Part shown: one piece after another, positions 46,105-57,400 of the stretch
How the letters are laid out: every line of letters begins with the position of its first letter
How positions within the stretch are numbered: the first letter of the stretch is position 1
IMG/VR virus record: IMGVR_UViG_3300009370_000002
Length of the DNA stretch: 64,000 nt
Source of the DNA: a virus
Reading direction: 5' to 3' (one strand)
The notes under the pieces: generated by a model
Told to the model about the DNA's origin: nothing
Database searches by the model: none
The model's input: only the letters and a program-made list of their open reading frames with translations
Translations under genes and position numbers: made by a program

Positions 46105-49100
46105 CTTTCATGCCTCCTCCGCTGGATCCGCCTCGTGTCTTGTTACCAGTATCCGGTATTTGCCGAACGTTGGTAATTTTGTGACTATCACCTACCCAGA
46201 GCGACTTATCAGCAGACACCACACCAGAATTAGCAGCATTGAAAGAATTAGCTAATCTGTTGGCAATAGTTTTGGATGTTCTGAGCTTGTGTGATTTCTT
46301 TGTAGGAGATAATGTATGCCCATGCGGAGCGGAGCCACGAACACCATGCAATTTAAAGCAATTTGGATAACATACGCTTTTAGCTGGTTGAACTTTCCAA
46401 TTAACAATTTTGTGTCTGTGTCTTACATTTGAATCAGATGGATGAATAAATTCAGCGGTATATCCGTTGCCGTTGCCATCTACATGCCATTCATGATGAT
46501 GATTGGAGTTGTGACTTGTCCTACCTCCTGTTTTCTTTCTTGCAACATTCTTATCTTCTAATAGGAACACTCCACCATATACTAAAAAGTTCTCTTTTTT
46601 CTTTGGTATTCCCACATTTTCATATTTTTCCATTATGCACAGTTTATTATGCCCCCCAATAGCACTATAATTAACACTTGTCATGTCCTTAAGAATGGGT
46701 TCTGACATGTCATACGTGCCGTCATTTGCAATTGGAAAACCATCTATAAACTTCACTTTTTGAATATTTCCATACATTTGGTATGCAAACTCCTCAGTTT
46801 TTGGATTTTTAAAAATGTCTTGTTTATTTAATAAATAATTTGAACGGACAGATTGTGAACGGTTGAACATCAACGAACGAACCTGCAATGGTATATCTTC
46901 TGGCTTTATGTCTTTTGAAACCAGCCCACTGTAAAACACGCTCTTTTTATTATTTAAATCAAACGCAGCTATGGTTTGGATTTTACCTTTTTTAGTAAAT
47001 GCCATCGCGCTACTAATTTTATCTAAGCGTTCTATTTTCTTCTTACGAGATAGCGCCCTTGTTATTATACTAGTATTAGAGACAAAAGCGGATGCATTTC
47101 CTAAAAATTCTGTTGCCTTTAGCGGTAATGTTTCTTTTGCTTCTTCTCTTTCCTTGGTTATTAAATCTATTGATATGCTTGACTTCAGCGCTTTGGAGAG
47201 TAAGTTTGTTTTATAAGTTTGCTTAAGGCTTTTTTTCCTGATTCGCCTTATCTTATTAAAGGATTTTAAACTAACTTTAGAAGAAATCGTCTTTGTGTCC
47301 AGCAAATCATTTCCCACGAAAATTGTCTGGGGTGTAAAATACAAATGGGCATCCCTTTTAACATCAAGAAGTTGATTCATTACTCCCTTATCTATATTAG
47401 GTGGCGATTCAAAAGGAACACTCACAGTTGACTTAAAATATTTCGAAAATTCTACATTCGATCGATTATCAAAATTAGCTTTATTAATTGCAAGCTTGTT
47501 ATCAAAATTAAAATATTCGTATTTAACACCACTTTTCTTTTTAAGAAAAAACTTTTTAAAAGCAAAATTTGTTGAAATTATTCCTATTTTTTTCAATTTT
47601 TTTGTTTTTATATTCCTCCCTTTATTGCCACCGCGCATAGTAGGATATTTTACTTTGTATTTTTTTGTCAACGACTCAATTACCATCTGCACCTCTTTTT
47701 GTGCCGAAGTTAAAATCTGGGGGGTGGCAGTGGCAAAATTCACTTTTGTATCTATTTGAATTTCATCTGGGCTGAGTCCTAGCATAAGACAAGCCCTGTC
47801 TAATGACTCAATCCCCCTTACTATTGGAGATGCCTCCAGTGCGTTTATCGTTTCACCTCCGATTGTCCTCCCATTCATCCTAACATTTTGTTTATTAAAA
47901 TATTTTTGAATAAATGTGCCACTTATTTTGTCCTCTGTGGTGTTGTATGCTTTTGCTTTAACAACTTTATTTTTAATAAGTGTCAACTCTTTGCTGAGTG
48001 CTATGATGTTTTTTAATACTCCCTTTACGTAAGAATGGAAAACGTCTTCTATATCCATAGACACAGAGTATGTGTATCTTCCTGATGGAGCTTTTTTCAT
48101 AGTATTATCTATGAAGTAGAGTGTTTTAAGCTCGTTAGGCAACCCAGCATCGACAAATTCTAATGAGGCATTTATTCTCGGATATGGATTTTTTTTCACC
48201 AGATCGCCTCTATTAAGAAATCCTATTTTACTTTTACTTTTTCTCAAATTTAAATAAGCAATGGTGCTGGTTGATATTTTCTTTTGGCGCCTCTTTCTTT
48301 CTCGAAGTGACTTTTTGCCATTCTTTAAGGTTGCTCTTTTTGCAGAATGTTGGTAGCTGTGTTTTTCAACCTTTATGCTTGAAATATTGGCTTTTTTTGC
48401 AATCTCCATAAAAAGCTCCTTATCAATGCTATATATTTGCTTTCCTATGGGGCTTTTGTTTAATAGTATATTGCATAAATTTAAAATAAAATATTTATGC
48501 AATCTCCCTGATGTATCGACTTGATCATCTAATTCATACACAAAAGAACGATTTTTGGCTTTGCTTATCTTTTTCAAAAGTTTGCTGTGTCTATTCTTGC
48601 GTTTTAAGTTTTTTGGCTTATCCTTATCAGGCAGCGGCCAGCCTCCTGGATCGTGGGCTAATGAAAATGCCAAATCAGAATCCCACTTATTCATAATGCC
48701 GCTGGGCATATTATATATTACTATATCATTGTCAACCATTTTTCTTGCTAATGTGGGGTTGAATTTTTTCCCTCTTATATTTCCTTTCCATTGTTTTGTG
48801 CCTTTGTTATAAACTGCCAGCCCGTGCCACACGGAACCATCTAAAGAATTTTTAAACTGTGGTATTTTTTTTAACTTTTTGCCATTCTTAAAGAGTGGCA
48901 CTTCTTTTAGCGCACCACTTAAATCAAGATTAGTTTTTAATTTTTTGGGGCTCCTTTTTGCTTTGATTTTCCTCATCATATTTTTAGTACCAAGTTTAGG
49001 TTTTGTTGTTTTTTTAGACATTTTCTTTTGGACTTTCATTTTATCCAAATCATATGAAGTAAACAAAAACAAAGAAGAATCATTAGATATTTTTCTTTTT

Positions 49101-49444
49101 AAATTAATGACTAGAGTATAAGAAAACACCCTATATAAACCATCGCCTGAGATACTTGTTGCTTTTGGGCTTGAAGCAGAAACAAACACTACATCGTCAT
49201 CAGTAAGCACCTTTCTTCCTGCTGTAACTGCTTCAATTGTTTTTTTGCCTTCCACCAAAGCCGCACCTATTCGAATTCTTGATTTTGTATCTTTTTTATC
49301 AAACCACTTAGACTTTCTAATACTGATATAATCCAATAAATTTACCTTTACCTTAAGAATAGTGGAGCCAACACGCTCAGTAATTACTGCGCTTTTCAAA
49401 TGAACATTCGGCAGCGTTTTTAAAGATATAACATTATCAGACAT
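46094..49444 (-). CDS. Large Lys-rich hypothetical protein (1116 aa) with His-rich C-terminal motif
   Basis: Long ORF; HNSNHHHEWH...HRHKI...PHGHTL near the C-terminus. Confidence 0.6.
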   Translation of the reverse strand: MSDNVISLKTLPNVHLKSAVITERVGSTILKVKVNLLDYISIRKSKWFDKKDTKSRIRIGAALVEGKKTIEAVTAGRKVLTDDDVVFVSASSPKATSISGDGLYRVFSYTLVINLKRKISNDSSLFLFTSYDLDKMKVQKKMSKKTTKPKLGTKNMMRKIKAKRSPKKLKTNLDLSGALKEVPLFKNGKKLKKIPQFKNSLDGSVWHGLAVYNKGTKQWKGNIRGKKFNPTLARKMVDNDIVIYNMPSGIMNKWDSDLAFSLAHDPGGWPLPDKDKPKNLKRKNRHSKLLKKISKAKNRSFVYELDDQVDTSGRLHKYFILNLCNILLNKSPIGKQIYSIDKELFMEIAKKANISSIKVEKHSYQHSAKRATLKNGKKSLRERKRRQKKISTSTIAYLNLRKSKSKIGFLNRGDLVKKNPYPRINASLEFVDAGLPNELKTLYFIDNTMKKAPSGRYTYSVSMDIEDVFHSYVKGVLKNIIALSKELTLIKNKVVKAKAYNTTEDKISGTFIQKYFNKQNVRMNGRTIGGETINALEASPIVRGIESLDRACLMLGLSPDEIQIDTKVNFATATPQILTSAQKEVQMVIESLTKKYKVKYPTMRGGNKGRNIKTKKLKKIGIISTNFAFKKFFLKKKSGVKYEYFNFDNKLAINKANFDNRSNVEFSKYFKSTVSVPFESPPNIDKGVMNQLLDVKRDAHLYFTPQTIFVGNDLLDTKTISSKVSLKSFNKIRRIRKKSLKQTYKTNLLSKALKSSISIDLITKEREEAKETLPLKATEFLGNASAFVSNTSIITRALSRKKKIERLDKISSAMAFTKKGKIQTIAAFDLNNKKSVFYSGLVSKDIKPEDIPLQVRSLMFNRSQSVRSNYLLNKQDIFKNPKTEEFAYQMYGNIQKVKFIDGFPIANDGTYDMSEPILKDMTSVNYSAIGGHNKLCIMEKYENVGIPKKKENFLVYGGVFLLEDKNVARKKTGGRTSHNSNHHHEWHVDGNGNGYTAEFIHPSDSNVRHRHKIVNWKVQPAKSVCYPNCFKLHGVRGSAPHGHTLSPTKKSHKLRTSKTIANRLANSFNAANSGVVSADKSLWVGDSHKITNVRQIPDTGNKTRGGSSGGGMKDDY

Positions 49445-50469
49445 TAGTCACAATCCTCCAAATCCCCTTCCTCAACAGACGAGCCATAAATATTAACAAT
49501 CTCATCATCCATTATATCAGGGCACAATATTTCATCATCCAAAAATATATTTTCAATCTCGTAATCTTGAACTCTGTTGCATATCTCATTGTCATCTATT
49601 TCTCTATCACGAAGTATAGTTAAATAATAACTTAAAAACTCCGGATTCAAAACAGGCCCATCGGGATTATCAGCTTGTAAATCAAAATGATTGTCAAACA
49701 GAATTTCATCTGTTGCCTTGTTATCTACCAAAATATCATTTTTGATAGTAAATTGTTTCGGGGGAAACTTCAGCTTGGTATAAGATATACCAGCAGAAGA
49801 AGAATTCACTTTAAACGCTGTCATGGAGTAATTATCCTTTTCATCAAATCCGCCCTCTTCTGCTATTCTCATGATTGGATTTACAAATTTGATTTGAAAT
49901 CCAGAACCATCATTATATGGTAAATCATCTACCTCATGTGTGTGGCTATCTGTATAAACTGATTCGTAGTTTTTTATATAACTTGAGGAAATATACATGT
50001 TTATAGGGATTTGTGGAATTGGGACACCATCAATATTAACAGAAGAATAGTAAGTCTTAATATCATTTACAACAAATTCGCCACCATAAAGATTAACCTT
50101 AAGTGCTGAATTGCTTTTAAAATCGTAAGTACAAGTCCCAAGACACTCATTATTTGTTGAAATAACATCATCAGATGTTGGTTGTCTTACTTCTTTCTTG
50201 TTTACTGTTGGTTTCTTCATAAATTTTTTAATATTGGTTTCAACTCCTGATATGTTTGAACTCGTCTTTAACTTTGGCGTTTCGTCTTTAATCCTTACAT
50301 GGGTGCTGTTTTGTGCCTCTGATATCCCAAAGGAATTAGAATCATATATCACACCATCATCAAACATTTTGTATGAATGCGGCTTCAATTTCCCTATTGA
50401 TAAAAGATATTTCCCATAGGGAGTTAGCTCTATTTTCATTACTTCTTCTTTTTTGTTAAAGAAAGTCAT
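49444..50469 (-). CDS. Putative virion structural protein
   Basis: IELTPYGKYLLSIG...FDDGVIYD N-terminus, paralogous to 42854..43822. Confidence 0.55.
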   Translation of the reverse strand: MTFFNKKEEVMKIELTPYGKYLLSIGKLKPHSYKMFDDGVIYDSNSFGISEAQNSTHVRIKDETPKLKTSSNISGVETNIKKFMKKPTVNKKEVRQPTSDDVISTNNECLGTCTYDFKSNSALKVNLYGGEFVVNDIKTYYSSVNIDGVPIPQIPINMYISSSYIKNYESVYTDSHTHEVDDLPYNDGSGFQIKFVNPIMRIAEEGGFDEKDNYSMTAFKVNSSSAGISYTKLKFPPKQFTIKNDILVDNKATDEILFDNHFDLQADNPDGPVLNPEFLSYYLTILRDREIDDNEICNRVQDYEIENIFLDDEILCPDIMDDEIVNIYGSSVEEGDLEDCD

Positions 50470-50484
50470 CTAATGCAATCCCCG

Positions 50485-53400
50485 TTATTCATCCTCTCCT
50501 CCAAAGAAACTCTCATATATATTGGTGTCGGGATTGGAACCAACCTCATCGGTGATTGCTTTTCTTGTTAAACCACCTAATAACTTACTTTTTCCCGAAG
50601 GAGAAAGGCTTAAATTAATTCCCGCTCTTGTTTTGGGCATTTCTTCTGGTTTTGTGAGTATGCCTGTGGCTGATTTGTCTATTTGCAGCTTCTCTATATC
50701 CATATCCGAAAACCTCACTTGTGACCTAATTTTAATTAGTTCAACGAAAGAAAAGAAATCGTATGGCCAATTATATGATATGGCTCGGTTTGGCTCGTTT
50801 GCAACTAAAACATTCTCGGGTATCTCTTGCCTAGCGCCTTGCACATTTTTCTTCCAATAATTGGATTCACCCGACTTCAAATACATTTTATTATAATAAT
50901 TGACACTAGCCCTTTGCTTAACCTTAAATAATAACCACTTAACTTTAGGATTATTAATTATATCCGCCTGTGATAATATTTCTTTTTCCTCAGAAATAAG
51001 ATTGCATGCCACGGCTGAACGAAGCACTGAATGGCTTTTGGCAGAAGGCGGCAACAAGCCTTGCCACATATACTGTAGGTCTTCTTTATTAAAACTGTGC
51101 TCGAATTTAAGAATAAACATGGCGAACGGCTTTATACTTTCTGGGTATCTTACAAAGTCCATCTGAGGAGGTATAACAAAATCTCGCATCCTCTCCACCA
51201 TCAACCTCACAGAATCACCAGGGTAATTGCCCTCTCCCTTTAAATTTGGCAACTTCTGGCTCCAATAGACAGAATCTGCTCTTCCGTCGATAATCGCTTT
51301 TGCGGCTTCAATAATTTCCCTAGCTTTGTCTGATTCTTCGGCAATATTGAAAAATTCCTTCCCATCTGATCCCTCTATGAACGGCACAAGAACAATGCCC
51401 TCCTTAACTATCACATTGTCTGCGAGGTTTCCGAGTTTTTGTTTTTCACTGCTGAAGCCCAAAACATCCGCCAGGGATGCCGAAGGTTGATAAGTAGCAG
51501 CACCACCCGGAGCAATTGCCTTTTGCCATGATACGGGAACATCATGAACTTGAAGATAAATGCCTTCATCAAAATTTGGAATTTTGCCAAACTGGTGCCA
51601 CATCCCACGGGGAATAGAAGCAGAGGAGGGATTATTGCAGGATGTGATGGTGGATATGTCTTCGTAATCTTTGAAATTCAATATTGGAGTTTCAAATTTC
51701 GTTTGAATAACCCATCTTGTATTTTCTTGGTTATCAACAACCTCTTGATTAAATTCTCCAACCTTAGCTTGCCCAAAAAGATTAACAGAAGCGTTTATTT
51801 GCATGGCATTATCATTCATTACATCAACCGCTTGCGGGCCTGTTGAAGTGTTGTTGCTGGGTGTCACTGTGTCTTTGGGATACAACTGTTCGCTATCAAA
51901 CCTATAATAATTAACAGTGCTACCAGCTATTATCTCAGCCAATGGAATTTTCCCGTCTCTTGGTGCTTTATAAGTTATATCTGCCCACGCACGTCCATGA
52001 TAATACGGGGGTGTAAATGGATAATTGAGTCCTTTCGAGTGACCAGAATAAATCTTATGGGGACCTGCTGATTTATCCCACTCTATTCCAGTTACAGAGG
52101 GCACGTTTCTACTGCCTATAGAAGTAGCGGCAGGATACTCGAAATGCCCTCCGGTTTCTGGACCAAATGCTGATGGCCTTGAATACATTGTTATTGTTTC
52201 TTTCTGTATTCCGTCTGAAATATCTTGTGGAGGCCTATACGGGAACCCGTTCGCTCCTGTAACAAAGGGTCTTGGAAATTTCATGCTTCGATACATCGAA
52301 ACCCTCATTGCATATGTCGAACCTGATGTCATCGTTCCTATGCCTTGTTGCGGTTGAGATGCTATAGTTGTGAAATTTTTCCCTTGCAAAAAGAAATTTG
52401 GGATTTCTGCCAAAAAATTATGAGCCATTTTTGCATATAAATTGTCTCCTCCACCATCCCAACTAGCAGCGGTAGAACCTGTGATGGCAAATTCCCTCCA
52501 ACTAGCGCTAGTATCAACTTCCATATTTGAAAGAAGAACATCTGCTAAATACTTGTGGGGCTCCACTAATGCTTCAAACGGTATCCTTTCATCAAATAAG
52601 CTTTTTGTATGATAAGTTGGAAGCGTCAGAGACGGGGAATTTGTTTCAACATCATCAGTATAGACAGGATAATCGCATGCAACACCCGCCTTTATAGTGT
52701 TGAATAGCGTACCAGGGGCAAACAGAGGAGCTATTAAAGGTTGCGCTGAAGCGGATACGTTAAATGAAAAACTTCCAAAAGGCCAACCGAGGAGGCGGCT
52801 CCCAGTTGTAAAGCTAATATAATTCGAATAAGAATTGTAAAATTGCTTTGCCAACTCAACAGAACGCTGTACAGGATAAAACCCGTTGTAAGGCAAGAAC
52901 TTAGATATAGCATTACATCTTATAATTAGTTTAGATGGCTCCACAAAGTCTTCGTGATCTTCTAAAATAAAATCAAAACTTTTCATTAAATCAGTTGTAG
53001 AGTAAACATCATAAAAGCGCCCAGTTGTACTATCAGAATAATTTGACAAGCCTCCGGTTATACTGATGAAATTATCAATCGGGGCACTAACTGGTTCCGT
53101 TTGGTAATGTTCAACAAAATTACTAATTCTAAACTCTGATACGATTGAATAATCCTTGCCTATAAGTCTTATATCTTGGGCATAGTCTTCATAAGAATCA
53201 TAAAATGGTTTAGAATTTGCTTGAGATGGGGCATCCCAATTGGCTTCTCCTCCATACCTATGCTGCAAAAATGTCATATCATCGGAGGCAGCAACCCCAA
53301 GAAGCCCCGTTGGAGATGTCACTGATTGTGATTTGTGGGCAACATGTCGCCTAGCATACATTGGACCGGGAGAAATTCTGTTGTTTACAGTTTCTGCTGT

Positions 53401-54486
53401 GAGTCCCGCACCACTTAGATGTTCAGCGGCTTGGACATAGTGATTCCATAAAACCCCAAATGACGAAGTCTTCCCACAGGTTCCTATGCACGATGGATAC
53501 TTCAACCCCATATGATTAACAAGCGGAGTTGAGCGAGTTTGCCAATCTGGGCTTACATCCAATGGCCATACACTGGCTGTTAAGTATGCGCTAGTTGCTT
53601 CTGCCAGAACCGGGTGCTGGTTAGTAACTTGCCTGTTTGTTAATGTATCTCTCCATGAAAATGAAAATGTCGTTCTGCCTCGGGTATACTTCTTAAACGT
53701 GTATATTTCTCTTGGGAATACTGTATCTCGATATGTAAATCCACGAAACACATCTATTGGGCTAGCTACGGCATCCAATCCACCTCCCAAATATGTTGAT
53801 GTAATGCCATCATAATTTATCAATGCTTCATTTACAAATGATGGCTCCATTTCTTCCAACTGGCCCAATAAGCTTTCCCTAATACCCAAAATATTATTCA
53901 TTTCTTGATTCGTGAACTTGTAAATACCGTTATTAAACGACTCTTTTATTCTTATGTCAATTATCTCAAGATTACCATCACCAAACGCATCAGGCTGAAA
54001 AATGCGATACCCCAAGTCCCAAATTAGTGGTCTGTGCCTTGAAACAACCGATGGTTCATCAAGTATTATTTGTTCGCCATATTGTGGCATTTGTTGAGTT
54101 TGTTGATTGTTTTGAGTTATAATCAATGGCACTGGGCGTTTCAAAACTGAAATAGTATTGTTTTGTTTTTGTTTTCTAGTTAGTGGATTGTTGCCTATCA
54201 TTATTGACTTGTACCCTGGGAAGCCTCCTGGGCCATTCCTATGAAGCATCAGGGCAGGAAAATGGGAAGCAGTAGTCGGCAGCTTATGAGAAAATGAAGT
54301 GTTCTTATACTTTATCAACGAAGATACTTGGATTTCTGATGGTGCAGAATAAATCCCTGTATAGCCAGGGCTTGCATATACAGTAGCGCCATCAGAAAGA
54401 TTTTCTGTTATTTCCTCGCCATCCCAGCCTACCGGCTCATAAATGAAAGTGTTTAATCCTACAAAGTCTACATAATAATTCGCCAT
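50485..54486 (-). CDS. Large virion structural protein, probably baseplate/tail
   Basis: Start moved to ATG 54486 (MANYYVDF, GGAG SD); located between structural genes. Confidence 0.6.
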   Translation of the reverse strand: MANYYVDFVGLNTFIYEPVGWDGEEITENLSDGATVYASPGYTGIYSAPSEIQVSSLIKYKNTSFSHKLPTTASHFPALMLHRNGPGGFPGYKSIMIGNNPLTRKQKQNNTISVLKRPVPLIITQNNQQTQQMPQYGEQIILDEPSVVSRHRPLIWDLGYRIFQPDAFGDGNLEIIDIRIKESFNNGIYKFTNQEMNNILGIRESLLGQLEEMEPSFVNEALINYDGITSTYLGGGLDAVASPIDVFRGFTYRDTVFPREIYTFKKYTRGRTTFSFSWRDTLTNRQVTNQHPVLAEATSAYLTASVWPLDVSPDWQTRSTPLVNHMGLKYPSCIGTCGKTSSFGVLWNHYVQAAEHLSGAGLTAETVNNRISPGPMYARRHVAHKSQSVTSPTGLLGVAASDDMTFLQHRYGGEANWDAPSQANSKPFYDSYEDYAQDIRLIGKDYSIVSEFRISNFVEHYQTEPVSAPIDNFISITGGLSNYSDSTTGRFYDVYSTTDLMKSFDFILEDHEDFVEPSKLIIRCNAISKFLPYNGFYPVQRSVELAKQFYNSYSNYISFTTGSRLLGWPFGSFSFNVSASAQPLIAPLFAPGTLFNTIKAGVACDYPVYTDDVETNSPSLTLPTYHTKSLFDERIPFEALVEPHKYLADVLLSNMEVDTSASWREFAITGSTAASWDGGGDNLYAKMAHNFLAEIPNFFLQGKNFTTIASQPQQGIGTMTSGSTYAMRVSMYRSMKFPRPFVTGANGFPYRPPQDISDGIQKETITMYSRPSAFGPETGGHFEYPAATSIGSRNVPSVTGIEWDKSAGPHKIYSGHSKGLNYPFTPPYYHGRAWADITYKAPRDGKIPLAEIIAGSTVNYYRFDSEQLYPKDTVTPSNNTSTGPQAVDVMNDNAMQINASVNLFGQAKVGEFNQEVVDNQENTRWVIQTKFETPILNFKDYEDISTITSCNNPSSASIPRGMWHQFGKIPNFDEGIYLQVHDVPVSWQKAIAPGGAATYQPSASLADVLGFSSEKQKLGNLADNVIVKEGIVLVPFIEGSDGKEFFNIAEESDKAREIIEAAKAIIDGRADSVYWSQKLPNLKGEGNYPGDSVRLMVERMRDFVIPPQMDFVRYPESIKPFAMFILKFEHSFNKEDLQYMWQGLLPPSAKSHSVLRSAVACNLISEEKEILSQADIINNPKVKWLLFKVKQRASVNYYNKMYLKSGESNYWKKNVQGARQEIPENVLVANEPNRAISYNWPYDFFSFVELIKIRSQVRFSDMDIEKLQIDKSATGILTKPEEMPKTRAGINLSLSPSGKSKLLGGLTRKAITDEVGSNPDTNIYESFFGGEDE

Positions 54487-54487
54487 T

Positions 54488-57400
54488 TTATACTCCAAAA
54501 ATCTCTGAGGCGGACGGAAAGATGATTGCTTCCAGCGTCTCATATGATACATCATCACTTATCGTTACATTTGTCACTGATATTGAGTGGTTGTCTTCCC
54601 CGGACGAATCAAAAAACTGTGATGTGCTATCTTTTTGTTCTCCGTTGTTGGCGCTGTTACTACCAAATCTATAGTGCGCTTTCAGATAAGATGTATAAGA
54701 CACAGTCGGATCTCCATCTCTACCCAAGCCATAAATATCGGAACTGTACGCCTCATGGTTCCAAGCCCATATTGTTACATTATCAATGTCCCCTTGGAAC
54801 CTTCTTGTCCCAGACGCATGATTACCTATATTGCAGTCCTCTGTTCCTATACCATTCCATACTAATGGAATACCACCGGAACCTACGGATGCCCATGTTA
54901 GCTGGGTTCCATTAATCCATATTTTAGGATCATTTGATATCGAAGTGGCTGGGTAAGAAACAAACAAATGAGTCCATTCACCCTCCTCAACCACATTAGA
55001 ATTTGAAGTCCAAATCTTGGATGCGCCAGCCCATCTTGTCACAAAATAAATCTTATTTGTCACTCCCTCTATATACATCCCAACACAGCCACTAGAGGAA
55101 TATCCTCCAAACCAAAATACCACAGAATTCTGGGAGGAATCAGTTTCATTTTTTCTAAACCATGTCGAAAATGCCATTCTATCAGTGCCTGCCTGCCCTA
55201 TAAGTGCATCCCACGTTGCTGCTGTTCCGACATTAATTGCGCTGTCAGCGCTGCCAAAAGAAGCATAATAATCATGTATCGTTTCTTCCAGCAGGCCACT
55301 GGGGGGAGCATATCCTGTTATTCTTTGGTTTGCTCTCCAACTTCCTGAACCACTCACCGCTGCGTTAATCCACCCATATTGAAATTCGCTTCTAGGCAAA
55401 GGAGACACAATATGCGTATTATCATGTCTTGAACCCAGGTACGAAGTCATGCCTGAACCAGTAAAGAAGTATCTCATTGAAGTGTTTCTGTGCTGCTTGT
55501 AGAACGAAGCATCAGCGGCATACGTAGTAGATGAAACAGCGCCATACTTTGAGTCTATACCAAATTTTCCGCAATGCCTTGTTAGGTGAGACTTTAGCCC
55601 TTCACGTTTCCCAAGATGGTCATTCAATCTAATTCTCCCGGCTTCACCACTGGAGTTTCCACGAACTGTCAAATTCCTATACGCCATAGCATTGTGAACA
55701 GAATATTCTCTTGAATAAACATCCAAATAGGCAGCAGATTCCACTTCTGGGCCGCCGGGTGCCGAAAACTTTGAGGTAATTACCACTTCTGATCTGCTAT
55801 TGTCTCCGCTTATCTTTCTTCCAGGCACAGCCAACACAACATCAAAAACTGAGGGTGAGGGAGTGGCTCCACCAGAAAAACCACTAGCACTATAAAAGGT
55901 ATGATTAGACACATGCATATTTGAAGCAGTTAGTCTGTATGACGCATAATTTACATTCTCGTCACTAGATGTTAGATGAAAAACTGCTTCACTAGGAGAA
56001 GTGACGATGTTTATTATTCCAAAAACAGAATGGTCTTTTATGGATTGAGAAAGCCGATTCCAAAATTGTAAGTTTGTTTCGCCAAATGTTCCTGATACTG
56101 GAATATTAGAGCCTGCTGGGGTTGGATCAAGAACATTAACTATTTCGAATTTCGGATCCGCCAAAAAAGAAAAGCTAGAACTAATATGAATTGTATCATC
56201 AAGCGCAGCGCCGGAAAGGTATCCACCCTGTATTGCTTCAGTTGCTGTAATAAAGTTTTGGCAGGCTGGGGTGCTCACTACTAAGGTGGAATTATAATCT
56301 GAACCCCCAACAGCCGCAGTCATATGGAATAAAGCATACTTTTCATTTTGCAAAGTACCAGTAGTTGAGAGTACAGTCGTACTATTTTTAATGTACGTGT
56401 TGGCTGGGGTGACATCGCCATGGGATTCAAGATTATTGCCCCTACCTGAAGAGTCGTTAAGTAGCTTCCCGGCATTATATGGGCCGTCACCACAGGTATA
56501 GTGTGCCTTTATATTTGAACTGCTAATGAAACAATTCATAACGGAACCCATTGTTCCAGAATTCCAGAGTTCAAATCTATCAGCCACGCTCAGGTTTATG
56601 CCTCCCCAGATTGTTATGTCGTCAATGTGCCCGACAAATGGTGATGAACCAGTAGTCCAACCAAGGGAATGAGTTCCAAGTGAGCCGGTGCCACTATTTA
56701 AGAGCCATATTCCCCCATCACTTCTGTTCAATTCTGCATGGGTGTGATAACTGGGAGACCAAGCGGTTCCCCCAATGAAAGTGCTCACCGTTGCTGGTGA
56801 AACGGGCAAATAGCTGCTTGCCGCAGCATTGTCAATATACAAGTATGCAGAACCGGTTCCTTTCAATGCATTTTTATCATGTTGTAAGACAATTTGGCGC
56901 CATCGATTATTAGCTACGCCTGGACTATATAGCTCTGCGAAAGCACCTGGCCACTCCCAGCGAACCATTACTGTTTGAGCAGGATTGGTGTAATTGGTGT
57001 AGTGAGCCTCGTAACGAAGATTTGTTCCCGTTAAATACATTTCCCTAGATAATGCTGACTGGATTGATGCCCCAGATCCACTTCTAAAGGAAAAAATAGT
57101 CCTCTTATCTCTATCGGCTGATTCGTTTTTAAAATTTACCCATGCACTAAACGCAAAGTGTGTGTCATAAATATTGAAGTCAGATATCGAACTAGCAGTT
57201 ATCGCCACAGCAGGACCGCCAAGAGTACCGGTAGCATATATCGCTTCACTGTATGTCGGTGAAGGTACAGTGTAGGTAGTGATGTATTTTCCAGAAAATG
57301 CGGCATTAAGCTTAATTGAGACTGCATTCCAAAAACTGCTAGTATTTGTGGAAACAATGCCAGTGGCAACATAATAATTGTTACCAGCATCAGCAGTTGC

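Noticed and set aside
3521-54558. Extended N-termini given by the ORF track (3586, 9444, 21840, 23267, 31401, 38080, 38237, 40464, 54558)
   Set aside because: Downstream starts have SD sites or family-consistent N-termini and avoid long overlaps, so those were used instead.
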